Positions 61,961 through 64,000 of a stretch of DNA of 64,000 nt are shown in pieces. A model generated the notes under the pieces. That model was not told where the DNA came from and made no database searches. It worked only from the letters and a program-made list of their open reading frames with translations. This stretch comes from the human T2T-CHM13v2.0 reference genome, Homo sapiens. The position numbers were made by a program, and so were the translations under genes. Location: assembly GCF_009914755.1 (NCBI RefSeq), contig NC_060925.1; one strand, 5' to 3'. The number at the start of each line of letters is the position of its first letter. Position 1 is the first letter of the stretch.

Positions 61961-62552
61961 TAGCATCATTACTTACTTTGTAAACTAAAAAAACTATCTT
62001 TAAAATTATTAGTTCTAGTCTTACTGACTATTCACGATATTTATGCTTTTGGCACCATTTTTAAAAGATTACTGATGTCATTGCAGCTAGTCAATGAAAA
62101 TACCAAATGATAAAATGAGTAGCTAGCATGTATTTATTATGTCCCAGATGCTATGTTAAACTGCTTTAGCTGAATTATCACCCTAGCCCTACGAGGTATT
62201 TACAACTGAAATTTATTGCTGTTAAACCATTTGCCAGGAGAACACAGTCGATTTATCTGATTCCAAAACCTGTTTCCTCAATCAATATGATGTTACCATG
62301 CCTTGGGATACAGTGATTTAGATGTGGAATCTTAAACAAGTTGGGCCTCCAATTCCTTATTATTTCTACCCTTTCCACTCAACTCTGATGGGCCATTTCT
62401 TTCCCCAAGGGGGAAAAAAGGTAGTAAAATAGGAGTACAGAAGTTCTACTTCCTCATTGTTGCTATAAGTTAACCTACCATCATTATTTTCAAGGTGGGG
62501 CCTTCCTCTCCCCAGAACTCTTTCTGATCTGAATTTAATGTTTTCTTTAGCA

Positions 62553-62861
62553 TTTTTTTAAAGAGATAGTCTCATTCTGTTGCCTAAGCTGGAGTGCAGT
62601 GGCTCAATTGTAGCTCACTGCAGCTTTGACCTCCTAGGCTTAGGTAATCCTCCCACCTAAGCCTCCCAAGCAGCTAGGACCATAGGTACCTACCACCATG
62701 CCTGACTAATTTTTAATTTTTTTGTTTGTTTGTTTGTTTTTTGTAGAGATATCGTCTTGTTATGTTGCCCAGGCTGATCTCAAACTCCTGCCTCAAACAG
62801 TCTTTCCATCTTGGCTTCCCAAAGCTCCTGGGATTACTGGCATGAACCACCATGCCCAGCC
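62553..62861 (-). mobile_element. AluJ
   Basis: Degenerate dimer; flanks ttctttagcat are repeated. Confidence 0.9.
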
Positions 62862-64000
62862 ATTCTTTAGCATGTTTATCTTGTTCTGAGCATTAGTCTT
62901 CATTCCCAGTGTGTTTTGCTGAGTTACTCCAATACCTTGGGTATGTTGTCATCCTGTCTACTTTTTATCCATGCTTATCAGAAAGCTTGTTGTTTATCCT
63001 AATTTGTCTCAATGAATTCCTTCAGCTTTTCTTCCTCAGAGGGACGATTGCAATGATTGGAATCAAAATGTGCAAAATATTCATTTTCATTGTCTGCCTT
63101 ACTTCTAATGAAGTCACCATCATGGCATCAGTTATCAAGCTTTTCCATTGAGCCAATAAGAACTAGTGCACTTCAGAAAAAGCCAAGCTTGTCCTGCATT
63201 GTCTAGCCATTCTCTGCTACCTGCATTTGGCAGTAGGACTTTGCTTGGTGATAATGTGTTTCCTCTAGTAAACTCCTCCTGCATTCTCAGGAATTTTCCT
63301 GGGTAGGCAGCACACTTAGAAACTCAAGAAAATGAACCTGCCATGACTACGTCACATAGAAAACTTTCCAAGTTGTTATGGTTCTGATGTGGAGAAGGGA
63401 AAGGACATACAATAGTGGTAAACAACTCAAGTATAGAGTGAGTCAGATGTACAGTGAGTCCACCATAGGTAACGGTGCAAATAGTGCCATTTCTTAAGTT
63501 TTAATTTCCTCAAATGAAAACTGGTATAAGTGTGGGACAATGGGATAATGCATATGTTCCTTACTGTAATTCAAGTGCTCCTTAGCACAGTAGATGTTAA
63601 TATTATTCAACTCCTTAGACCCATGTGAAATTTTGATCAGCTGCCCAACGTCATATCCACAGCTTGTGACTCTTGGTGAAGACACTTACCCACCTTCTAA
63701 AGGCTTTGTGAACTTTCTCCTCATCCTCCAAGTGGTTCACTCTTGTTTACTTTTGAGCACAAAACAGAAGCCAAGTGATTAAAAGACATTGTTTATAGTT
63801 GTAAATATCTTTTGAGACAGTGTCTTTGGGTTTTAAAACCTGGGAGAGAGGAATTAACTCACGAAAGGACTGGTTTCTTCCCACACTTACAAACTTCCAC
63901 TAGCACTCCATTTTTAAAAAAGCCTGAAACTATATGGGAACAAAGAAGTGAAGTGAGCTTGTGCTGCAAATAAAAAGGCAAAGCCAGATCTTCTGCTGTA

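Overview
This is primate, almost certainly human, non-genic DNA dominated by transposable elements. I found no credible protein-coding host gene or exon. The left half (1-32 kb) is unique sequence mixed with Alu, L2, MIR, MaLR and hAT fossils. It also holds an L1-retroposed HERV-W processed copy (7.5-9.6 kb), a full-length but decayed L1PA7/8-like element (11.1-17.5 kb, minus strand) and an unexplained 31-bp-stem hairpin at 22.1 kb. The right half (32.3-61.4 kb) is a ~29-kb nested stack of insertions, and most boundaries can be read from target-site duplications (TSDs). An old MER4-group ERV1 contains a MER61-type provirus. That provirus contains a truncated HERV-I/LTR10 element, an internally deleted HERV-K(HML-5) provirus, and a 5'-truncated L1PA2 with intact ORF1, a near-consensus AluY and a ~147-bp 3' transduction. 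The outer ERV also carries a captured tRNA-Glu, two inverted LTR8 solo LTRs and a twin-primed (5'-inverted) L1. Family and subfamily names come from my recollection of consensus sequences and need RepeatMasker/Dfam confirmation. Nothing here establishes a new biological system. The strongest leads are the transduction, the hairpin, the ERV-captured tRNA and the composite provirus architecture.
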